From: Octopus vulgaris
Taxonomy: Eukaryota
Direction: 5' to 3'
Assembly: GCA_951406725.2 (NCBI GenBank)
Contig: OX597815.1
Span: 107,694,001 to 107,758,000 of the forward strand
DNA: 64,000 nucleotides
Positions 25,671-37,689 of this stretch are shown in pieces. A program made the translations under genes and the position numbers. Each line of letters opens with the position of its first letter. Position 1 is the first letter of the stretch. The notes beneath the pieces were generated by a model that worked only from the letters and a program-made list of their open reading frames with translations, searched no databases and was not told where the DNA came from.

Positions 25671-26791
25671 CCTTCCTTCCTTCCTTCCTTCCTTCCATCC
25701 ATCCATCCATCCATCCATCCATCCATCCATCCATCCATTCATCCACACACACACAAACACACACGCACACACACATACATACACACACACACATACATAC
25801 ATACATACATACATGCACACACATATACACATGCACATACACACATGACAGGCTTCCATAAAGTTTCCATCTACTAAATTCTCATAAGGCACTAATCAAC
25901 CCAGGGCTATAGTACAAGTAACACTTGGAATCAAAGGGCTTTAAAGTCAACTTGGCAATTACCAAAATGCTGGAAAGCAGGTAAATGGATAGGCCTCTTG
26001 TTCCTTCAGAAAATGGTCCTACTTGATATACAGGAAAGGTGTAGGTATACATTTTTGTATGATGTACTGAATGAAATCTATGGACACCCAAAGTTTGCTT
26101 TCTCTATTAATCTAAGATTGTACAACACCTCTTGGGATTCTTCCACTGTGGAAACTGTCTTGGGAGTAAAATTTTCCTTACAGACAATCTGCATGAAAAA
26201 ACTCATTTCTAGACTGTAATTGACATGTATTTCTGACAAAAAGTGCATGTGTAGCAAAGTTAATATTTACTGCTTAGAGAAATGTATATTTGAATTATGC
26301 AACAGGAGCAGCTTGTAGTAAAAACCTTTACCAATATAACATTCTTGTCTGCATACCAAGCATGGCTATGTAACCAAGAAGTGTACTTCCCATATATGCC
26401 TGTGTTTGTGTGTATACAGGCATGGGTATTTGGTTAAGAAGTTTGTGCTGGAGCCGTATGGTAAGAGTTAAATGATGACAATGATGAAAATCTTTATATT
26501 ACGCATTTGAAAGACATCCAAAAAGGAAACCGATAAATAAACAAAATATAGTCAATAATGAACCATGAATTTGGAAATTTCCTACATTTGTTTACTTTAG
26601 ACTACACTGAATCATTATAGAAAATAATTAGCAATACATAAATCTCTAATTATGGCTACATCATTGGATATTATTCATAGTGGTAAGTCTAGTAAATGTC
26701 ACATACATGTATGGTTTTAATTTATTTGTTTTTGCCTTGGTACAAGGCCATGAAATTGGTGGGAGGACGTGGGTGATGTCAACCTACAAAC

Positions 26792-26828
<37 letters not shown>

Positions 26829-26899
26829 CACTTCCTAAGATAGGGATCCACAAGGAATGGTTTGATGAGAATAGAAACAGCATTGTAAAACTACTTACC

Positions 26900-28400
26900 A
26901 AAACATGAAAATTGATTTAGTTACTAAACAGCTTAAAGTCCATTCTTATGAAAGTGACATTCAGATACCACCATGTTAAAACCCATCAAGAAAGAAGGCT
27001 GAGGAATCTGTTTTCATCCATATCTTAAGTAATTGGTTTCTTTAAAATTGTTGGATACAGAGTGAACTTGGTCATGAACAAGGCTGGACATATAAATTTA
27101 TTCTATTTGATGGAAAGAATAAATCTGCTTGGCTCTCTGCTTTATATCAGTAGTCAGTTCCTCCCCAATTGGGAAAATCTTAAGCAACCAGAATATAAAA
27201 TTTGATGACTTTCCTTTTCTACATGAAGTTAATAAAGTCAGATTAACTGTTGCAAGGGGCAAAACACAGTACGTGTTAAGCACAAGATATCCTCTAAAAG
27301 TTACAAAGCACTGAATGGCAGAACAATAAAAACACTCCATAATTTCTTGTCTACCATTCTGGAAGAGAAGGAAATAATCTTGACTTGTATAAATATATTT
27401 CACTCATGTCTCTATTAGGAAAATTCTCATTCAAACCATTAATGAAAGTCTCAGTATATAACCATCTGAGATCAGTCTACTAACTATAATCTGATCACAG
27501 ATTTAGAAATCTGAGATCACTAGTAAAACAGATCACAAGTTTTTATTATTCAGTGACCAGTTCAAAACTTTTGGTAGTGCCAATACAAGCACTCACTAAA
27601 CTTAAACAATCAAATCAAAATATCGACTCGAGATATTTTCAGCATAACTTTCAGGAAACATCCAGCATCTTATTTCACATGAGATAAGGACATATACTTC
27701 ACACAATTATTATTATTTTTTTTTTCATTTTCTTTCCATTGCAGGCAATCTGGAGAGCTGCACCAGACTCCAGTCTGATTTAGCCAAACCATGTCAAATC
27801 AGACTGGAGTCTGGTGCCGCTCCCCAGCTTGCCAGCTCTGGTCAAACCATGTAGCACATGTCAGCATGGACAACAGATGTTAAATGATGATTATGATGAT
27901 GATGATGATGATGATGATTATGATGATGCATACTACTAAGAATTTGAACCTCTGTATCTGGTATTAACTATTTAGGTGGATCTTTGTTTGACCTATTGTT
28001 TTTTGCTGTAAATACTAAAGCTCTATGGAGTATCATCTCCAAAGTGTTGTTTACTCATGCCTGTCAGCTTTGTGCTGTACTAAGAGAGCTTCACATGTGA
28101 AGTGTTACAGAAGAAGTCACAAGCTGTACATCACTTCAAATTCAACATTGTAAAAACAAGTCCACATGAAAATCTGTCTTTCTTTAACCAGGCTTCAAGT
28201 TTGGAGAGAAATATCTTAAGTCATTGATCCCTTAGCAATGTTCTTAGAAAACTTTCTACAAATGCTTTGCTGTTATTATTCCTCCTGGAATAATCATGGA
28301 CCCTGAATTGGGAACATACTAAACACTGAAACAACCCTATTTATCCCTTCTCTGGCACTCTGGCAATCAATTGAGTTAGCAAGATTTCAGAAACATACCA
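26900..28400 (+). mobile_element. Highly decayed RTE-like RT remnant (interrupted at ~27740-27930)
   Basis: DFPFLHEVNKVRLTVARGK (P...EV..A...L..GK) and GNNLDLYKYISLMSLLGK (NYR.ISL....GK); many stops. Confidence 0.4.
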
Positions 28401-30940
28401 AATAGACCCCATACCATAAATACTCAAGTAAACATTCTCAGTGTATAGATCTCTTGATAAAGAAATGCTGTTTACATCAAGAAAATCCTACAAAAATCTA
28501 ACATTCCCAAGTAGATATAAAGTAAATTAATACAGTCATGGACACTCACACACACACACAAAATGCTGTCACTTGCAAGTTGTAAGTGACAACAATTTTC
28601 TTTTTTTTTTTTTGGATGTGATTTAATAGGGAGAGGAAGAGAATTGCACTAGCATCATGTTGGTACTCATTTTCAGCTCTGTAGACAGAAGCAATATGGA
28701 ATAGTGTGCCTTTCTCAAAGACATAATGCATCATCAAGTCCAGAAATTGAACTCACTTATGAGGCCAACAAAGCCAATACCTTAGTCAGCAGGCCATGTA
28801 TCTTGACAAACATTGAGCCATCTTTGTATTATTATGTAAAAGAGTTGTCATGCTACTTTGTCTTGATATCTTATGAGGGAGGGGAAAATTCATCATCATC
28901 ATCATCAACATCATCATTTAACACCCATCTTCCATGCTGTCATGGATTGGATGGTTTGACAGGAGCTGGCAAGCCAGAGGGTTGCACCGAGCTCCACTGG
29001 CTGTTTTGGCATGCTTTTTAGGGCTGGATGCCCTTCCTAATGCCAATCACTTTAAAGAGTAGACTGGGTACTAATTAATTTTGATGAACTGTTAAATAAT
29101 AATTGTTTCTAATTTAGGCACAAGGCCAGCAATATTGTGCTAAAGGATTAATCTATATCATTGATCCCAATGCCTGCCTGGTATTTCATTTTATCAACCC
29201 TCAAAGATTGAAAGTTAACCTTGGCATGATTTGTGATCACAACTCTGTATGGAGATGGGAAAACAAGAGGAATCTTCCACTAGGGGTAGGCTAGCATATG
29301 GCAAGTATTCTTTTTTTTTCTGTATGAGAAACTATAAAAGAAAGAATAATATTTGCAATTTACTAGTTTCTAACTCTAGAGGAAGATTCATCTTTTTTCC
29401 CCCTAAAATGCTGCAGAATCTAGAGTGAAGTATGATTTTTATAAACACATGGGACTGGAAGAAGCATTTACATTTTCACACTATAATTTAATATATTTGC
29501 ATTACATTTATACATGACAATTCATATGTAAATGTACAAAATTTTCAGAATCATTCAATTGAATCTAGAATGGGGAAAAACAGCAGAAGAACCATTAACA
29601 TTACTCAAATGAATAAAAGAGTTTAATTCAAGCAACACCCCTACCCTACCAAACTTCTTTTTGTAAATGTTACTGCTGTTGGTGATATTGATGTTGTGGT
29701 ATATAATATGCTAAAAATGTTACACACTTGGCTGATACTCTTGGGTAATTAATTCCATATTCTTCAACTGTACTATTTATAAATAACTGCTTGATGACAT
29801 GAATTAACATTATATAAAAAGAAGAATTAGATTTGAATAGGATTTGAATATTAATAAGAAAATGAAAATAATGATGCTACTGCTGATGATGATGCTGACT
29901 ATGATGACGACCACTACAATGATATTTAGACATAGAATCAATGAAGCACTGGCTTCAACCAATCTTTTCTAAATCTAGCTACGTTCAGATTTCTAAAGAT
30001 TACTTTTTGTCTAAAATTACAATAAAGAGTGGTTTTACCTTTAAGAACTAGACAGAATTACACTAATAACTGCTATAAACTTACAGTATATTTGTAACGA
30101 AAAATGTTACATGTTGCTCAAAATCTTGTGTTTATGTATATTACATTTAAGAAAAGTTATCATAATATTCTTTTGTCACAATTTCCTATTGTTTTGTTAT
30201 CATCAAATGCTTCAGAACTATAATTCTTAGTTTTTAATAAATATAAGATTTATTATGTATTCATGCTAACAATTTGTTCACCTTTATATACCAGACTTTC
30301 AAACTTTGAAGATTCCTGATGCAAACTCATTAACAAATTTTTTACAATTACGCTGCTAGGTTTCTATACTAATTAGATTAAAAAGACTTCTTTGTTATAC
30401 GATAAGTTTCGTATCAGTTAAAAGAGTTATGTGTGGTGAGTTGGACAAAATGTTAGAGCTACAAGCTTGACTCTTTTCGAAGTTTTATTCCTCTGTTGTG
30501 CTCTAAGTTCAAATCTCGTAATGGTTGAATTGACTTTCCATTCTTCCTCAGTTTATGATATATGTACCAATAGAGTGCTAAATGATGGATTGGCAGAAGC
30601 AATAAAGTGTCTGGCAAAATGGGCACTTAACCCTTTTACTGCAGAAATCAGATATATCCATTCAAGGTGTCATTCCGTTTAATTGCAGAAAGCAGTTTAC
30701 TATACCAAACTATCTTTTGTTGAAGAATTTCATCTTTGAAATTATTAGATGTGCAGAAAATACCAATTCTAATTTTTTGGTAGATATTTAACACTATTAC
30801 TGCAATTACCATGAAATTTAATTTCACAGTCAAGGGTTAATGTTTTGATTTTTGATCCCACTGAGGTCTTTCTAGTTTTGTAGCGTTTTCATACTTGCAA
30901 ATCCTGTGTGAGTTTGATTCTTGATTTTAATAAATATAAG

Positions 30941-31233
30941 CAATTGCTGCAGGGAAGATGTTTGCCAGCCATTTAAAAATACACAAATACTGTTAGTTTC
31001 ACTTCAACATTTAAATTTAATTTGTGTCAAAATAGTTTTGTCACTTTGAAACCGAGGCCTGTTCACTGACAAAACTTCATGAAAATGATGCAGCACAAAG
31101 TTTTGTCAGTGAACAGGTCACGGTTTCAAAGTGATGAAAATATTTTGACATAAATTAAATTTAAATGTCGAGGTGAAACTAATGGTTTTTGTGAGCCCTT
31201 AAATGGCTTATAAACGTCTTCTATGCCGCGATT
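30941..31233. repeat. Fold-back MITE-like element with ~135-bp arms
   Basis: GAAGATGTTT...TTTAAATTTAATTTGTGTCAAAATA...GTTCACTGACAAAACTT / AAGTTTTGTCAGTGAAC...TATTTTGACATAAATTAAATTTAAA...AAACGTCTTC. Confidence 0.8.
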
Positions 31234-31516
31234 ATTTTTGTTTCAGCACACGATCTCAGATCAAGTCACTTGCTATGCAAGTACATCTCCGTAAAATAAA
31301 TATAAGCTTTTATATGAATTCATATTAGAAATTTATTTATTATTATACCATTAGGATTTCAAATCTAGGAGAATCCTGGTGTTACATTATTACTAGAATT
31401 TTACAATAAAGTTGTGGAATTGATAAAATACTTAGTAAATTATTAGGGCATGTAAAATCAGCTATACTCATTCTCTCAAAATATGTGGCTTTGTACTTGT
31501 GTTAGAAATCAATAAC

Positions 31517-31563
<47 letters not shown>

Positions 31564-31917
31564 CAGAAGAAGAAGAAGAAGAAGAACGAATAAGATGCTC
31601 ATACTTCATTCCTACATCAATTGGCTTTATATTTTATCAAAGAAATACTTTAGAAGGCAGAATATCCCCTTTACAGGATGAAAATTACTTTCATTTATTG
31701 GTTTCAATCGTTGGAATGTGGTTTTGTCAAGGCACCTCTTTCATGAGTTTAGTCACTCATATTGATCTCAGTATCTCATTCAAACTACCAAACTGTGGGA
31801 CATAAAGGATAACAATATAAACATAACACTGATTTTAACTAGTGTAAACATAAACACTGACATAGACACAGCCAAACACATGCACACATACACACACAAC
31901 ACACACACACACTCACA

Positions 31918-31956
<39 letters not shown>

Positions 31957-32859
31957 ATATATACATAAGAAAATCAAAGCCCTCCATGATCCATAGGCTC
32001 ATAAGGCTAGTTTCCTGGATTCTGTGGCATAAATATTTCCCCTGGATGGAACACTAGTCCATTGCAGAATTACTCTTTTTTATTTTTGCCAACTGGGTAG
32101 ACTGGAACAATGTAAAAGGAAGTGTTTTGCTCAAGAACACCAGGAATTGAAACCACAATTTTACAATCATGAATGCAACACCCTTATTACTGAGCTACGT
32201 GCCTCCACACATACATACATACATGCTCACATACACTCAAACATACATATGTTAATATCTTCATAAATACATAAATACATACACACACACACACACACAT
32301 TCAGCAAAGTTGTTTTCCAACCAAATTCCACTAGCAAGGTACTGGTTTGATTGCAACTGTAATAGAAGAAAACTATTGAAGATGCAACAGAGTGGAGTTG
32401 AACTCAGAATCATATGGTTGCAAAGCAAAAGGAAAGCAAACTTCTTAACCCACATGGATATACTGGTAACTACAACTGATTGAAATGGTTACTTTTCATT
32501 AATTACTTGGATTTATTATATTGATTCCAGAATGCACTGTTAGATTCCGACTGGTTTCAACTCTGCACAATGATGAATAACATATCAAACAATGACTTGC
32601 ATTTCTATTCTTAATATATTCTGGCAAATTTGAATGTGAATATGTTTATCACACTCGTGTTTTGTCATGGAAGAACAACTTCTCCCTTAAGATGAATGTG
32701 TGTTCAGGACTCTGGGACACATGACTGTTTTAATCTCATTATGTTTCATCAGCCATAGTCACCCTGGACTAATGTAGTTACAAAGAGTTTGTTGCTCTTG
32801 TTTACTATTTCATCAAACTAATTGTTTACTGGTGTATGCTGATGTCTGCCAATCAATAA

Positions 32860-33072
32860 TCCTTTCTACTGGAAGCACAAGGCCTCATATTTGTGGAGAG
32901 GAGACTAGTGGATTACATCATTTCCAGTGTTTCACTGGTACTTGATTAATTGACCCTGAAAGGATGAAAGACAAAGTTGACCTCAGTGGAATTTGAACTC
33001 AGAACTTAGTAATGGGTGAAATACCACTAAGCATTTTGTCCAGCATGCTAACGATTCTGCCAGCTCACTGCC
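32860..33072 (-). mobile_element. tRNA-derived SINE, family B
   Basis: CTGGTACTTG.TTAATTGACCCTGAAAGGATGAAAG...GAATTTGAACTCAG...GCTAACGATTCTGCCAGCTC. Confidence 0.75.
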
Positions 33073-33077
33073 TAAAA

Positions 33078-33480
33078 CATCATCATCATCGTTTAACATC
33101 TGCTTTCCATGCTAGCATGGGTTGGACTGTTCAATTGTGGTCTGGGAAGCCAGGAGGCTGCACCAGGCCCACTCTGATCTGGCAGTGTTTCTACAGCTGG
33201 ATGCCCTTCCTAACACCAACCACTCCGTGAGTGTAGTGGGTGCTTTTTACATGCCACCGGCACAGGTGCCAGATGAGGCTGGCAACAGCCACGATCGGTT
33301 GGTACTTTTTACGTGCCACCGGCACGGAGGCCAGTCAGGGTGGCACTGGCAACGGCCATGTTCGGATGGTTCTGTTAGGTGCCACCGGCACTGGTATCAC
33401 AACTACAATTTCCATTGATTTTGATCGATTTCGATTTCACTTGCCTCAACAGGTCTTTGCAAGTAGAGTTTTGTGTCCCA
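33078..33480 (-). mobile_element. RTE-associated 3' UTR and tail
   Basis: (CAT)n, terminal module and GTGCCACCGGCAC repeats. Confidence 0.75.
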
Positions 33481-34562
33481 AGTTTTGTGTCACCTCCACA
33501 GTAAACAGTGAGTATCAAAACAATTAATGTTCAAATCACCCTGACAATATTAAGAAAAAGCATGCAATTCATTGTTTTGATTCTCACAGTTCACTATGCA
33601 CATGATGAGTTAATACATCTGTAGCAGGAATATTCAGCAATCACCCTATGTTATAATTTGTTAGAATATTATCCACATGACAAAAAAAAAAATCTAACAA
33701 ATCATGACTTCGCCTAGAACTGGCTCAAGCAAAAGTTGCATCTTTTCATAACTTTCTCTCTGAGAGTCTGATAGAGAGCTTTGACAGACACCATAGGAGA
33801 TGGCCAACAAAGATGGCAGACAGGAGCTAACACAAAAGGCAATGGACATTAGAAGTCAGTAGCACAGCAAGCAGTTAACCACACTTTATCTGCTGCTACA
33901 ACAATACCAAGAACAGTAACATTCAAAACTCTCTTGATGTTTTTGAAATTCATAATAATGACAACATTTGCATTTTGCTTACTGGAAGAATAAAATTTCA
34001 TTTGTCAAACATCTCAACAAATTCAGTGTTCTTCTCTGTAATACATCAAACATTTTATTTAAAAAAAAACCCTTTGCTCTTCTAATGGGCACCTTTATTA
34101 ACAAATGTTAAGGAGGAAATGGTTAAAATATTCTTTAATTACTGAATGTTCATTTGCTCAGCATTTACATATTCAGATATTCATTCTGATAACTAAAGGT
34201 AAGAACATGCTCCATTGGGGAGGTCTAATAAAACTGAAACTGTCTTAGAATTGGCACCATCTTTGCTAAAGATCAGCCTCACTTCTGGATGCATGTCCTT
34301 ATTTAACTTTTAAAAAATTCAGATTTCAGAGTTAATTTCACTTGTCATTCTTAATGAGGGTTAATTATCATCAATGCTAGTAACATTTTTCTTGTAAATA
34401 TTTATTGATTAATGAATATTTTTCTCTCATGTCATTGAAATTGTAGGGAGCCCATTCAGCTGTTATTCATACTTACTTCACGGTCATGCTTTGCACGTTT
34501 CAATTCCTGACACAGTCAATTTTGGTTACATGCAGTTGATAAAATAAATATTGCATGCATAA

Positions 34563-34639
<77 letters not shown>

Positions 34640-35304
34640 GGTACAATTTATTTCCCTCTGTAAAGTTTCCCAATGTCACAGTGTTTTCAGAAGCTCTACA
34701 GGACAAACTAAATTTATTTTACTATTTATTCACTGGTACCGTGGTCTTGCTTGTTCTATCAATCAGTCACATTACCATCAACTTTATCGTCATCAATATC
34801 ATCACCACCAACACATCCACTGTCACTGCCAACGCTGACGCCGCTGTCAACACCACCACCCCTATCACCACTACCACCACTTTGTCCCTATCATCATCAC
34901 TGTCATCGTCATCATCAGTATCATCAGCACCATCACCATCATCCATTTATTTTCATGTTTTCTTTCTGTTCTTGCATGGCCTATGTAGGTTTTCTCCAAC
35001 ACAGCAGCTACACTAATGGTAAGGTATGTGTTTCAAGCAAACTGCTGATATTATGCATTAGTAATAATTAGCTCATATATTTACACATGGCTATGTTAAG
35101 AAATATATCTGGAAATGAGAGGATTTCAGGTTTTATCCCATTACCGTACAATACCAGTCTTGGGTCAACCAAAGTGTTGAGAGGGAAATATGATGCACAG
35201 GGGACTGCCCTTTTTAGTGGGTACTAGGCCTAATCCATCAGCAAGCTTAGCACAATCACCTGATTCTTAGGCACTTCTTTACCATATTATCGAAGCATTC
35301 AAAG

Positions 35305-35500
35305 CCAGTGAGTTGGTAGAATTGTTAGCATGCTGAGCAAAATTGTTAGCAACATTTCATCCATTCTGAGTTCAAATTCTGCTGAGGTTGATCTTATCTT
35401 TCATCCTTTTAGGATTGATAAATTAAGTACCAGTTAAGTATTGGGTTCCATGCAATCGACTATCTCCATTCCAGGCCTTGTGACTACAGTAGAAAGGATT
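35305..35500 (+). mobile_element. tRNA-derived SINE, family B
   Basis: GTGAGTTGGTAGAATTGTTAGC...GAGTTCAAATTC...TTTCATCCTTTT.GG.TTGATAAATTAAGTACCAG. Confidence 0.75.
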
Positions 35501-35619
35501 ATTCAAGCATTCAAATCAGGCCCCTAACTTGAGTGCATCTTCCTCCCTTCCTCCCACCTGTCACAAAAGCAATGTGAAAACCATGAGTTCTATTCTCTCC
35601 ATCATGGATGAACATGTTC

Positions 35620-35836
35620 TTTTCTTTTCTACTCTAGGCATCAGGCCCGAAATTTTTGGAAAGGGGCCATTGGATTAGATCGACCCCAGTACACAACTGG
35701 TACTTAATTTATCAACCCCGAAAGGATGAAAGGCAAAGTCAGCCTCGGTGGAATTTGAACTCAGAACATAAAAACAGATGAAATACTACTAAGCATTTCA
35801 CCCAGCATGCTAACGTTTCTGCCAGCTTGTCTCCTT
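35620..35836 (-). mobile_element. tRNA-derived SINE, family B
   Basis: CTGGTACTTAATTTATCAACCCCGAAAGGATGAAAGGC...GAATTTGAACTCAG. Confidence 0.8.
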
Positions 35837-36225
35837 ATGACGGATGAAGATATTAAAAGAAAAAGTATCCATAGAAGTATCCAATAAGTTCCCATAATTT
35901 GAGTTACCTTACTCTATTATGCACTTTCCTTTGTCCATATGCTACCTCATTTTCATCACATATTTAGGAAGTTATACATTCAACTAAAGCATCATAAGAA
36001 ATGCATGACATCATTTTACTGCCTTCAAAGGTAGATTCAGGTTGAATATTTATGATATATTTAACCAACCTTTGTAGTATTGGGATTTACATTAGATATA
36101 TTCTTCACAACTGTAAGTGCACTGCGTTGCTCTGGTAAAAAGACCAAAACTGATTATTTTTATTCAATCACGTTTATTGGAAAAAAGCAAATTTAATTGC
36201 AAGCCTTTTGCAGTACATTTTTACA

Positions 36226-36271
<46 letters not shown>

Positions 36272-36443
36272 CATGCACACACACACACACATGCATGCAC
36301 ACACACACATGCATGTGTACACACACACACACACATACACATTGGTAGATGTAGATACATAGATAAATATATATGCTTATATATATGTGTATGTATATAT
36401 ATATATATATATACAGACATATATGTGTGTGTATATATACATG

Positions 36444-36490
<47 letters not shown>

Positions 36491-36492
<2 letters not shown>

Positions 36493-37689
36493 AATCAAAT
36501 CAAACCAAATCAAAATAGATGAACATCAATGGAATTTGTATCTTTGTGGTACCAGCACCGGTGGCACACAAGAAAACCATCCGAACGTGGCCGTAGCCAG
36601 TACCGCATCGACTGGCCTCTGTGATGTGGGCACATAACAAACACCATCCGATCGTGGCCGTCCGCCAGCCTCATCTGGCACCTGTGTCGGTGGCACATAA
36701 AAACACCAACCGAAGACCCGGCAAGACTAGTCAGGCCATAACCCATGGCCCCTACTTGGGACGTAGTCAGTCCACCTGTGCATACCTTCCTTCCTTCTTG
36801 TGACACTTGTGAAGACCTGTGAAGACCTGTTGAGGCAAGTGAAAATCAAATCAAATCAAATCAAAATAGATGAACATCAATGGAATTTGTATCTTGTGGT
36901 ACCAGTGCCGGTGGCACACAAGAAAACCATCCGAACGTGGCCGTAGCCAGTACCGCATCGACTGGCCTCCGTGCTGTGGGCACGCAACAAACACCATCCG
37001 ATCGTGGCCGTTCGCCAGCCTCATCTGGCACCTGTGTCGGTGGCACATAAAAACACCATCCGAAGACCCGGCAAGACTAGTCAGGCCATAACCCGTGGCC
37101 CCTACCTGGGACGTAGTCAGTCCACCTGTGCATACCTTCCTTCTTGTGACACTTGTGAAGACCTGTTGAGGCAAGTGAAAATCAAATCAAATCAAAACAA
37201 ATCAAAATAGATGAACATCAATGGAATTTGTATCTTTGTGGTACCAGTGCCGGTGGCACACAAGAAAATCATCCGAACGTGGCCGTAGCCAGTACCGCAT
37301 AGACTGGCCTCCGTGCTTTGGGGACGTAACAAACACCATCCGATCATGGCCGTCCGCCAGCCTCATCTGGCACCTGTGTCGGTGGCACATAAAAACACCA
37401 TCCGAGCGTGGCCGTCTGCCAGCCTCGTCTGGCACCTGTGTCGGTGGCACATAAAAACACCATCCGAGCGTGGCCGTTCGCCAGCCTCGTCTGGCACCTG
37501 TGTCGGTGGCACATAAAATCACCCACTACACTCTCGGAGTGGTTGGCGTTAGGAAGGGCATCCAGCTGTAGAAACACTGCCAGATCTGACTGGCCTGGTG
37601 CAGCCTTCGGGCTCCCCAGACCCCAGTTGAACCGTCCAACCCATGCTAGCATGGAAAACGGACGCTAAATGATGATGATGATGATGATG
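36491..37689 (+). repeat. Tandem triplication (~350-bp period) of an RTE 3' UTR ending in the terminal module and (GAT)n
   Basis: Units start with (CAAAT)n at ~36491, ~36845 and ~37182; near-identical AAATAGATGAACATCAATGGAATTTG blocks. Confidence 0.85.

Noticed and set aside
33500-33920. Possible piggyBac C-terminal remnant (cross-frame FRLELAQA-like)
   Set aside because: One short motif only, with no TIR or TTAA support.
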